A stretch of DNA of 33,652 nucleotides from a virus. The notes below the pieces were generated by a model. It did not search any database. It worked only from the letters and a program-made list of their open reading frames with translations, and was not told the DNA's origin. The stretch is taken from positions 1-33,652 of the IMG/VR virus record IMGVR_UViG_3300000052_000002. One strand, written 5' to 3'. This document shows, piece by piece, positions 27,109 to 33,652 of the stretch. The translations under genes and the position numbers were made by a program. Every line of letters starts with the position of its first letter. Position 1 is the first letter of the stretch.

Positions 27109-27675
27109 TTAAAATTTAAAATTATTTATTGGGATTCCATGTGCCAAAACTTTTCGTTCCCACCATTGCGGATTTTTGCGGATTGTTGCCTTTTCAATTT
27201 TTAATGTTTTTGGATTGGCTCTGATAATCAATCCTGTATCACAATTTAAGGCCAGGCAATACCCGGTTAATTGTTCCGCATACCCGAAAAAATCAATTGA
27301 TCTGTTTAATGGAATTTCCGATATTTTAAGATCAATAACAATTGCCCCTGATCTGACTAAATCCACCCGGCCCCTGTATGGCATCACATATCCATCATGT
27401 TCAAAATCACATGTTACTGATAATTCAGCATCCAAAAAAGGCAACATGGGCCCCAAATCATTGATCAATGCATTTGCAATTGGATCAACAACATCCCGGT
27501 TTTCATGGTTGTATTTTTCAGGTTCCAACAAATATTGATGAACATACGTTCCCAACTTCATTTTCTCTGTTGGTTTAAAATTCCCCTTTTTGAATGATGA
27601 ATATGAATACCCAGGTAACTGCAAATAATTATCAAATGAAAAATCTTTGTAAAGGTTCACGTTTGTTACTTGCAT
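27109..27675 (-). CDS. PD-(D/E)XK recombination exonuclease (YqaJ/Cas4-like), 188 aa
   Basis: GTYVHQYLLEP, GRVDLV...IVIDLKIS and YAEQLTGY match the H...D...(D/E)xK...Q..Y layout. Confidence 0.55.
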   Translation of the reverse strand: MQVTNVNLYKDFSFDNYLQLPGYSYSSFKKGNFKPTEKMKLGTYVHQYLLEPEKYNHENRDVVDPIANALINDLGPMLPFLDAELSVTCDFEHDGYVMPYRGRVDLVRSGAIVIDLKISEIPLNRSIDFFGYAEQLTGYCLALNCDTGLIIRANPKTLKIEKATIRKNPQWWERKVLAHGIPINNFKF

Positions 27676-28706
27676 ATTTCTTCAATTTGGAATGATGGTA
27701 TTTGTTCCCCGGTTTCCTGAATATGCTTTGCTAATGCTGTGGACATTTGGCCCAATGTTAATTTATCCCAGGTTTTTACCTTGATGTGCTTTGAAACAAA
27801 TTGGTAATTTTTCATGAAATGGGTAATGATATTCAATGCCCATGTTTCCGAATTATCAAACACAATCCTGATTTCATTTTTGAATTTTGGCATTTCCAAT
27901 TTAACGGAATTTGCATCATCAATCAATTCGTTTGATAATTTTTCAAAGGTTTGTTGTTCCAATCGTGATTTATCAATTTCAATCTGCCTCTGTTGGTTTG
28001 CCAAAATTGCCATTTCTGCATTCTGCAAATCCAATTGATATGTTTTGAAAACATCATCAATGGAATCAATGGCATTTGATAAATCCTGTTCCGGGTTGTA
28101 TGTTCCCATTTCTTCCCATATTTCAAATGCCTGTTCATTTGTTACTGCATTTAATGGAAACTTTTGAAAATCATCTAATTTGAATGATGAAATTAAAGAT
28201 GCTGTATGCAATTTCATGGATTCAATTATTTCAATTGGTTCCTTTGCTTTTAAATATTCCCTGTACATTACATTAATTCCTTTCCTAAGATCATCAATGT
28301 ATTTGTTTTTTATCCTGGCTAATTCGTTTTTGATGTGTGTTTTAAATGCTGCCACCTCATCCAAATAAATTTGTTCCGCTTGAATTCGCATTGCTTCGGC
28401 TTTCCTGGCTTCCAATTCAATCACAACGCCGGCATCAATATTTTTCTGCATTCTCTTTTCATAATCCATTATTGGATTGATCAACTTATCATCAATCAAC
28501 CTGGTGAATTCCAACCGGCTTCCCTTTGCTTGTTTAAATACTGCCTTTGCTTCATTGATTGCATGATTAATATGGAAATGATCTTTTGATTGCAAATCCG
28601 CCAAAATGCTTTGTATTGATAACTCTGCATTGTTTAGGTTGTTAACCAATGTTTCTTTGATGCCGGCTAACTTAACCCATCCGCTTTGCTGTGGTGTTAA
28701 TTCCAT
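27666..28706 (-). CDS. Hypothetical coiled-coil protein (346 aa)
   Basis: Long helical ORF inside the recombination module. I recognise no motif. Confidence 0.35.
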   Translation of the reverse strand: MELTPQQSGWVKLAGIKETLVNNLNNAELSIQSILADLQSKDHFHINHAINEAKAVFKQAKGSRLEFTRLIDDKLINPIMDYEKRMQKNIDAGVVIELEARKAEAMRIQAEQIYLDEVAAFKTHIKNELARIKNKYIDDLRKGINVMYREYLKAKEPIEIIESMKLHTASLISSFKLDDFQKFPLNAVTNEQAFEIWEEMGTYNPEQDLSNAIDSIDDVFKTYQLDLQNAEMAILANQQRQIEIDKSRLEQQTFEKLSNELIDDANSVKLEMPKFKNEIRIVFDNSETWALNIITHFMKNYQFVSKHIKVKTWDKLTLGQMSTALAKHIQETGEQIPSFQIEEICK

Positions 28707-28708
28707 GA

Positions 28709-29116
28709 TTAAATATTTTTGAATTTGAATGATAGGATGTGGCCATTTTTATTGTCTGTTCTTTTTATTTCAACCAATCCCCGATCCTGTAAAAATGATA
28801 ATACAGATCCGAAATTTGTTACACGATATTCATAAATGGTATCAATTACAAATTGATCATGTCTGTCAATCTCAATTGGATCAACTCCAAAATGTGATCT
28901 GATTTTCATTACTGCATCCCTGGTTCTAAATCCCATGCCTTTAAAATAATCAACTAATTCCGGCTTTGGTTGAATTGGATATGCTGTTAATTCCTTTAAT
29001 ACTTTCAATTCTTCCCAGGCTGATTTTAAATTGGTATGATTGTCAATTATTAATTTTTCACTTTCAATTAACAATTTTTCAATCTTTTCTATTGATGATA
29101 AAAATTCTGATGTCAT
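28709..29116 (-). CDS. Hypothetical protein, possibly with a winged-helix C-terminus (135 aa)
   Basis: SVLSFLQDRGLVEIKR is wHTH-like. The support is weak. Confidence 0.3.
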   Translation of the reverse strand: MTSEFLSSIEKIEKLLIESEKLIIDNHTNLKSAWEELKVLKELTAYPIQPKPELVDYFKGMGFRTRDAVMKIRSHFGVDPIEIDRHDQFVIDTIYEYRVTNFGSVLSFLQDRGLVEIKRTDNKNGHILSFKFKNI

Positions 29117-29817
29117 AAAATGATGTTGTTGTTGTTAGTGTTATTTGCATTTTCAATCATATCCAATTGATCCTGGGATAATTCAACGTTTTCAATTGCC
29201 CATTGATACAATGGCATTGATGAATTTGAAACATTGGCCCCGGATGCAATGCCATCAATTAATTTATTGAATTGATCAGGTGTTAATTTCCGCTTTGCCG
29301 GTGCCTTTTCAACTACTTCCGCTGTTGTATCTTCGGTAATGTTCCCCATTTCTTCCGGAACATAAACAGATTGTGAAAAAACATCCGGTGTAAAAAATTT
29401 CACTCCGTTACTCAATGCCCTGGCAAATAACATGTTTTTTGGGAAACGATCAATGTTTTTTGTTCCGGCTTTTTTTGCATCATCAATTGAAAATGTGCTG
29501 ATTCCCAATGATTCTTTGTTGGGTAATAATTGGAAAAATTCAATGGAACAAATAACATCATTCATTTCAATAACATGGTAATCATATTTACCGGATGATT
29601 TCACCCTGTTTGCCATTAAACCACTTCCAATTGTTGGTTTCCCCTGGATGATGTGGATTCCCCCCATTGCTGCAAATGGTGAAATTCCCATTTCTGCCCC
29701 GGCCCAAATTTTAACGGCTGCCTGTTGCATGCTTTTAATGTCTGCAAACATTCCTGATTTGTAGAATGTTTCCGCAATTGTCATTACATCGTTTGTTGCA
29801 ATTAATTCATTTTTCAT
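29113..29817 (-). CDS. RecT-like single-strand annealing protein (234 aa)
   Basis: AAVKIWAGAEMGISPFAAMGGIHIIQGKPTIGSGLMANRVKSSGKY resembles the RecT core. It lies in a module with the exonuclease. Confidence 0.5.
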   Translation of the reverse strand: MKNELIATNDVMTIAETFYKSGMFADIKSMQQAAVKIWAGAEMGISPFAAMGGIHIIQGKPTIGSGLMANRVKSSGKYDYHVIEMNDVICSIEFFQLLPNKESLGISTFSIDDAKKAGTKNIDRFPKNMLFARALSNGVKFFTPDVFSQSVYVPEEMGNITEDTTAEVVEKAPAKRKLTPDQFNKLIDGIASGANVSNSSMPLYQWAIENVELSQDQLDMIENANNTNNNNIIL

Positions 29818-29836
29818 GTTGAAATAATTTTGTTGT

Positions 29837-29992
29837 TTAAATTACTGGTAATATCAATTCTCTAACCGCTTTGGAAAGGGATCCCCATTTTTTAATGATG
29901 GCTTCCTTTTGATCTTTTGTCAAATAAAGTGAAACTAATTTCACTTTTTGATCATCCGGAATTGGTTTCCGGCCTGGCTTTTGTCTGCCCAT
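29837..29992 (-). CDS. Ribbon-helix-helix (Arc/CopG-like) regulator, 51 aa from MGRQKPGRKP
   Basis: It has a basic N-terminus, then the beta-strand VKLVSLYLTKDQKEAI and the helix SLSKAVRELI. The -7 box at 30016..30023 lies inside the longer track ORF, which favours the ATG at 29992. Confidence 0.45.
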   Translation of the reverse strand: MGRQKPGRKPIPDDQKVKLVSLYLTKDQKEAIIKKWGSLSKAVRELILPVI

Positions 29993-30015
29993 TTTTTTTG
30001 TTATTTGGTGAATTG

Positions 30016-30023
30016 CAAATATA
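30016..30023 (-). promoter_or_regulatory. Bacteroidota-type -7 promoter element TATATTTG (TAnnTTTG) for the leftward early operon
   Basis: The minus strand reads ccTATATTTGcaattcaccaaataacaaaaaaaATG. Confidence 0.5.
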
Positions 30024-30091
30024 GGATAAAACATTATAATAAAAAAAATAAAAAATATTTTATAATTTAATAAACATATTGTTATTTACAT

Positions 30092-30099
30092 TATCTTTG
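30092..30099 (+). promoter_or_regulatory. Bacteroidota-type -7 promoter element TATCTTTG for the rightward islet
   Basis: The plus strand reads catTATCTTTGtgaaacaattaaaccaaaacaacATG. Confidence 0.5.
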
Positions 30100-30122
30100 T
30101 GAAACAATTAAACCAAAACAAC

Positions 30123-30335
30123 ATGAGCATTAAAATAGTTAAGTCAAAAACGAAAAATGAAAAAGTAGTTATTAATAGAAGAAAAAATCCTGATAATGGA
30201 TATGATTATTATTTTACATTTTTATATAATTCCGGGCAAAATCAGGAATTTGAATTTATTAAAGAAATTAAACATCCGGAAATATCATCATTAATTTCTG
30301 CAATTGATTATGCAAACAAATTATTAAACAATTAA
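30123..30335 (+). CDS. Hypothetical protein (70 aa from MSIKIVKSK)
   Basis: The ATG at 30123 lies downstream of the -7 box, and a terminator follows directly. Confidence 0.45.
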   Translation: MSIKIVKSKTKNEKVVINRRKNPDNGYDYYFTFLYNSGQNQEFEFIKEIKHPEISSLISAIDYANKLLNN

Positions 30336-30342
30336 TTACCCA

Positions 30343-30368
30343 GGCCGGTTAATCCCGGCCATATTTTT
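30343..30368 (+). terminator. Rho-independent terminator
   Basis: GGCCGG-TTAATC-CCGGCC followed by ATATTTTT. Confidence 0.65.
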
Positions 30369-30389
30369 AAACCAAACAAACAAAATCAA

Positions 30390-30506
30390 ATGATCACAAT
30401 TTTTGAAACAATCATCATTGGTATTTTAACTCTTATCGTTTATCTTGTTGGAAACGCATTAATTAAAACTTTTTTTAACCAAAACAAAAACAAACATGGA
30501 AAATGA
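30390..30506 (+). CDS. Small single-pass membrane peptide (38 aa, below the track cutoff)
   Basis: MITIFETIIIGILTLIVYLVGNALIKTFFNQNKNKHGK*. It overlaps the next start. Confidence 0.35.
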   Translation: MITIFETIIIGILTLIVYLVGNALIKTFFNQNKNKHGK

Positions 30507-30834
30507 AAAATGGATGGATTTACATCCGAAAAAAAGACATTTTATTTTGGGATCATTTGTGGATGGTATGATTTACCATCCTGAATGTGTTGATGATGCT
30601 TTGAATCTGCTTTTTACCTGGGAAAAAAAAGGGTTATTGAAATCCATTATTTTGCCGGATGAAAATATTTATTTTCAGGATGAAACAATTGTTGATTCTT
30701 ATGATCAGGATGAATCTGATAACATGTGTACATTGTGCAATGGAACCGGGGAAGGTTGTAACCCGGATTTAATATGTAGGTCATGCAATGGATCAGGTGT
30801 TGACATCCGTAAAAATGATGATTATGAAGAATAA
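30496..30834 (+). CDS. Protein with two DnaJ-type CxxCxGxG zinc-finger motifs (112 aa)
   Basis: CTLCNGTGEG and CRSCNGSGVD. Confidence 0.5.
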   Translation: MENEKWMDLHPKKRHFILGSFVDGMIYHPECVDDALNLLFTWEKKGLLKSIILPDENIYFQDETIVDSYDQDESDNMCTLCNGTGEGCNPDLICRSCNGSGVDIRKNDDYEE

Positions 30835-30970
30835 AACATTGGCAAGATTGAAAAATGATTTGAAATTTTTGATTGAAATCTTTTTTTTCATCACAATATC
30901 AATTCCGGTTTGGTTGGCTTTTACCATTGCCAATGAAATCTATTGGTTTTTAAAACGATTCAAAAAATGA
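30788..30970 (+). CDS. Small membrane protein (start ambiguous, 30788 to 30824)
   Basis: TM segment FLIEIFFFITISIPVWLAFTI. Confidence 0.35.
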   Translation: MDQVLTSVKMMIMKNKTLARLKNDLKFLIEIFFFITISIPVWLAFTIANEIYWFLKRFKK

Positions 30971-31176
30971 GAATAACACATGATATTGGTGAATTCATCA
31001 AATGCAAAAATCAACGTAAAATGATTCCCTGGAAACTGATTGATGGGAAATTATTTTTTAACCCTGGCTTTGGATTATGGCAACATGAACGATTATTTGA
31101 TAAATTCTTTCCGCCGGTTGAATATGTCCGATTTAATGATAAAGGTCAAAACATTGATAAAACAAAAGTTATATGA
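30967..31176 (+). CDS. Hypothetical protein (69 aa from MRITHD)
   Basis: The ATG at 30967 forms an ATGA overlap with the upstream stop. The track uses the TTG at 30943. Confidence 0.4.
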   Translation: MRITHDIGEFIKCKNQRKMIPWKLIDGKLFFNPGFGLWQHERLFDKFFPPVEYVRFNDKGQNIDKTKVI

Positions 31177-31343
31177 AAATGAAAATATGTAATACTTGCA
31201 AAATTGAAAAATCATTGGATGATTTTCCGGTTAATCGGTTAATGAATGATAAACGTGAATCTAAATGTAAAAAATGTAAAGTTGAATATCAACAACAAAA
31301 GTATTTACAGCGAAAAAAGGATCGTGAAATTTCACATTTTTAA
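31173..31343 (+). CDS. Small zinc-ribbon protein (56 aa, below the track cutoff)
   Basis: MKMKICNTCKIEKSLDDFPVNRLMNDKRESKCKKCKVEYQQQKYLQRKKDREISHF*, with an ATGA overlap with the upstream gene. Confidence 0.45.
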   Translation: MKMKICNTCKIEKSLDDFPVNRLMNDKRESKCKKCKVEYQQQKYLQRKKDREISHF

Positions 31344-31825
31344 ATCCTGATGAATCCCTTTTCATCAAATTTTTTTGCCTGGTGTAATGCCAGGCATTTT
31401 TTTATGCTCAATCCCATCAACTTTTGGAAATGCGGATTATCTGTGAATTTCCAATCACCCCCCCATTCCCAACCATAGGATTTAAATATTTTTACTACTT
31501 CCATCCAATCAGGAATTCCATCCTTATCATAATCATTTTTAATGTTCCAAATTGCCTTCCCCTCATGGATCAATACAATATCAACCGCCAACCCGAAATT
31601 ATGTGCTGATTGCCCTGATCTGCTTTTGGTAACGATTGGGCCCGGCTTTGTTCTGCCCTGTGCATACAATGCATCCTGTTCCGCAAATGTTCGCAAAGTA
31701 TGTGAAAACCGGCAAAATGATTTGCTTGTTAATGAACTGCATATTTCATCATAAATATCTGATAACTCATCTTTCAAAACAGGATGGATCAATTTTATTC
31801 TGTCCAATGTGATCTGATCTTTCAT
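31340..31825 (-). CDS. Endolysin, peptidase M15 (VanY / L-Ala-D-Glu peptidase type), 161 aa
   Basis: The SAHNFGLAVD and DNPHFQ zinc-ligand motifs are present. The ATG at 31825 forms an ATGA overlap with the upstream gene. Confidence 0.75.
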   Translation of the reverse strand: MKDQITLDRIKLIHPVLKDELSDIYDEICSSLTSKSFCRFSHTLRTFAEQDALYAQGRTKPGPIVTKSRSGQSAHNFGLAVDIVLIHEGKAIWNIKNDYDKDGIPDWMEVVKIFKSYGWEWGGDWKFTDNPHFQKLMGLSIKKCLALHQAKKFDEKGFIRI

Positions 31826-32163
31826 ATGCAAATTATTATGATGATAATAAATATTATGTAGTATGCAAAAAATCCATATTGTTTTTGATAGTTATATGAA
31901 ATCCTATCAATTATGGATGTTGTGGTTTCTGAAATATAATCATATTTCAATCCCCTGAATAGGTTTAAAGAAACATCAAAAACAATCCGCCGCAATGCCA
32001 ACAATGCCAATGGATAATGCCAGGAAAAAAAAAATGTTGGTGCAATCAATGCAAAATAAATCAGGGCATTAATTCCATGTTTGATATGGATTCCCTTTTT
32101 TATTTTTGTTGCATCTATTTTCGCCAACAAAATGTTTATCATAGTATACAGGATTAAAATCAT
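31822..32163 (-). CDS. Multi-pass membrane protein (113 aa)
   Basis: It has three or four hydrophobic segments and lies in the lysis cassette. Confidence 0.45.
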   Translation of the reverse strand: MILILYTMINILLAKIDATKIKKGIHIKHGINALIYFALIAPTFFFSWHYPLALLALRRIVFDVSLNLFRGLKYDYISETTTSIIDRISYNYQKQYGFFAYYIIFIIIIIICI

Positions 32164-32465
32164 GCCTCGGAAATCGCTTCAAATGATATTCCCAGGCCAA
32201 ATATCAACATCATTATAAAAACCAAAATAAAGGTGTTATATGACTTATTTCCGGCATTGTCTGTTTCCGAAAAATAATGAAATGAAACTTTGCCAACAAT
32301 GATGAATGCTGAAATAAATGCAAACAATGGTGCAATGGCAAAAGGCAAATATTTAAACCCATTTAAAATCAAATCAACTTTCCATCTCCAAAATTCGATC
32401 TGCCCCAGGGTTCCAAATAGAAATCCAAATGCTGCAAATATTCCGGCTTCCTTTAATTGTTTCAT
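32160..32465 (-). CDS. Membrane protein, holin candidate (101 aa, ~3 TM)
   Basis: Hydrophobic segments are AGIFAAFGFLFGTL, LPFAIAPLFAFISAFIIV and FILVFIMMLIFGLGI. Confidence 0.45.
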   Translation of the reverse strand: MKQLKEAGIFAAFGFLFGTLGQIEFWRWKVDLILNGFKYLPFAIAPLFAFISAFIIVGKVSFHYFSETDNAGNKSYNTFILVFIMMLIFGLGISFEAISEA

Positions 32466-32466
32466 A

Positions 32467-32907
32467 TTATTTCAATTTATAGATTAACAAAATTACAAAT
32501 AATAAACCGGCAATGATTAACCAATTTAACCTGGTTTGTGCCTGGCTTTTGAAATGATCTGATTTTATTGCTAACTGATGGTTTTCCTTAATCAATATTT
32601 TTACCCTGGCATGATCAACAACAATTGATTTGATTGTATCATGGATTAAAAATGTGTTGGTGTAATTCCTGTTTTTCCATTGTGTAATAAAAATCGTATC
32701 ATTTACAATTGTTGTATCTGATTTGATTTCAATCAATGAATCAACAATCAATGTTGTATCTGATTTGAAAATCAATGTTGTATCATTGGCACAATATCCC
32801 CTTTTGATCACCTCATCTTTAACCTGGTTGAATTTTTCAGGATTTTTCAAAACCTGTTTAACCGGATTGCATGAAACAAAAAAAAGTATGATTAATAAAT
32901 TACGCAT
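32467..32907 (-). CDS. Lipoprotein with a C-terminal TM anchor, a unimolecular spanin (u-spanin) candidate (146 aa)
   Basis: The N-terminus MRNLLIILFFVSC is a signal peptide plus lipobox Cys. The C-terminus has the TM segment LNWLIIAGLLFVILLIY. The body is beta-rich with repeated KSDTT(L/I)(I)V. Confidence 0.5.
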   Translation of the reverse strand: MRNLLIILFFVSCNPVKQVLKNPEKFNQVKDEVIKRGYCANDTTLIFKSDTTLIVDSLIEIKSDTTIVNDTIFITQWKNRNYTNTFLIHDTIKSIVVDHARVKILIKENHQLAIKSDHFKSQAQTRLNWLIIAGLLFVILLIYKLK

Positions 32908-33133
32908 CTTTTTTCAATAATTCCCCATCTGAATTTGAAAACAAATTTTTGGTAACATAGGAAATCCCGGCTGTTAATCCAATCATTGCATAATTTTTCA
33001 GATCAACAATCCCAGGCATTGCCCCGGTGTTCAATAGTGCAACAACCGCTGATAATACAGATGTCAAAAATGCAATTAAAAATCCATGTATTGCATCCCT
33101 TAAATTCAATGAAAATAATCCTGATAATTTCAT
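32900..33133 (-). CDS. Holin candidate, two TM segments (77 aa)
   Basis: LRDAIHGFLIAFLTSVLSAVVAL and YAMIGLTAGISYV, followed by a charged C-terminus. Confidence 0.5.
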   Translation of the reverse strand: MKLSGLFSLNLRDAIHGFLIAFLTSVLSAVVALLNTGAMPGIVDLKNYAMIGLTAGISYVTKNLFSNSDGELLKKDA

Positions 33134-33139
33134 ACTTAT

Positions 33140-33352
33140 TTATTTAATGTTTTTTTCAATTAAAAATGTTGCAATGGCAACAATCATTCCTATCAATGTC
33201 CAAATGATTTTTGAAATCAACTTTCGCCAATCCTCTAAACTATTAACCCGGCCGTTTGTTTTGGTTGTCTGAATCAAAATTTTATCCAATTTCTCATCAA
33301 ATTTATCATCAATTGCCGTCAATCGGTCTGCAATAAATTGTAAATTATCCAT
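33140..33352 (-). CDS. XhlA-like lysis-associated protein: coiled coil plus C-terminal TM (70 aa)
   Basis: DDKFDEKLDKI..TNGRVNSLEDW, followed by the TM segment IIWTLIGMIVAIATFLI. Confidence 0.4.
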   Translation of the reverse strand: MDNLQFIADRLTAIDDKFDEKLDKILIQTTKTNGRVNSLEDWRKLISKIIWTLIGMIVAIATFLIEKNIK

Positions 33353-33379
33353 TGTTAATTTGTGCCTTTTTTAATTCCT

Positions 33380-33589
33380 TTATAATTTTTGGGTTATTGG
33401 TAAAATTTGAAAAAATGTGTTGTTATATTCTTCAATATCAATTTCATTTTCTGCACTACTAATTGTATCAAATAAATGGGCATTGTTGAAATTGTTTGTC
33501 CATCTATTGCCAACATCAACTGAATGATCTTCTGTGTAATACATCAAATTTGTTGCATCCTGGATTACATATTTTGTTTGAATTGCCAT
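33380..33589 (-). CDS. Hypothetical protein (69 aa)
   Basis: ORF only. Its start lies 3 nt after the stop of the junction-spanning gene. Confidence 0.35.
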   Translation of the reverse strand: MAIQTKYVIQDATNLMYYTEDHSVDVGNRWTNNFNNAHLFDTISSAENEIDIEEYNNTFFQILPITQKL

Positions 33590-33592
33590 AAT

Positions 33593-33652
33593 TTAAATGT
33601 TTGATTCAAGGTACATCCGATTCAATGCCAAAACTTTTGGTGTTGTCCCGGT
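33593..33652 (-). CDS. 3' end (last 19 codons plus TAA) of the junction-spanning gene 955->1
   Basis: Same frame as 1..955 through the 49-bp overlap. It ends ...RMYLESNI*. Confidence 0.8.
   Translation of the reverse strand, partial: TGTTPKVLALNRMYLESNI
33604..33652. repeat. Second copy of the 49-bp terminal overlap
   Basis: Identical to 1..49. Confidence 0.95.

Noticed and set aside
29837-30335. A cI/Cro-type lysogeny switch
   Set aside because: No integrase, excisionase, repressor-sized HTH protein or att-like repeat occurs anywhere in the closed genome. I report the divergent promoters only as a regulatory region.
1-33652. tRNA, rRNA or other known ncRNA genes
   Set aside because: The non-coding gaps are short or fully accounted for by hairpins and iterons. 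I saw no cloverleaf-compatible segment.

Overview
The window is a complete tailed dsDNA phage genome. Bases 1..49 are repeated exactly at 33604..33652, so the unique length is 33,603 bp, and one gene reads through the junction. The sequence is AT-rich (about one-third G+C by eye). Nearly everything is coded on the minus strand, often with ATGA start/stop overlaps. The one exception is a small plus-strand islet at 30.1-31.3 kb.

Reading down the minus strand, the layout is:
- 30.0->24.3 kb: early and recombination genes. These are an RHH regulator, a RecT-like annealase, a PD-(D/E)XK exonuclease, a small protein with an SSB-type DLPF tail, a VRR-NUC-like nuclease and a free-standing HNH.
- 24.2->22.0 kb: a prim-pol/DUF3987-type primase-helicase.
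- 21.66-21.89 kb: an iteron plus AT-rich region, a candidate origin.
- 21.6->18.7 kb: a phage sigma factor, terS, and a terL that is interrupted inside its Walker A motif by a 640-nt HNH-encoding intron.
- 18.6->0 kb: the morphogenesis block in a non-canonical order, with the portal-MuF fusion far downstream of the capsid gene.
- Across the junction, then 33.35->31.34 kb: the junction-spanning gene is followed by a six-gene lysis cassette. It includes a lipoprotein with a C-terminal TM segment (unimolecular-spanin architecture) and an M15 peptidase endolysin.

Two divergent TAnnTTTG -7 boxes and the lack of Shine-Dalgarno sequences suggest a Bacteroidota host. I found no integrase, tRNA or CRISPR array.

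All functional calls rest on motifs I recognise by eye in the translations. No database search or structure prediction was possible.
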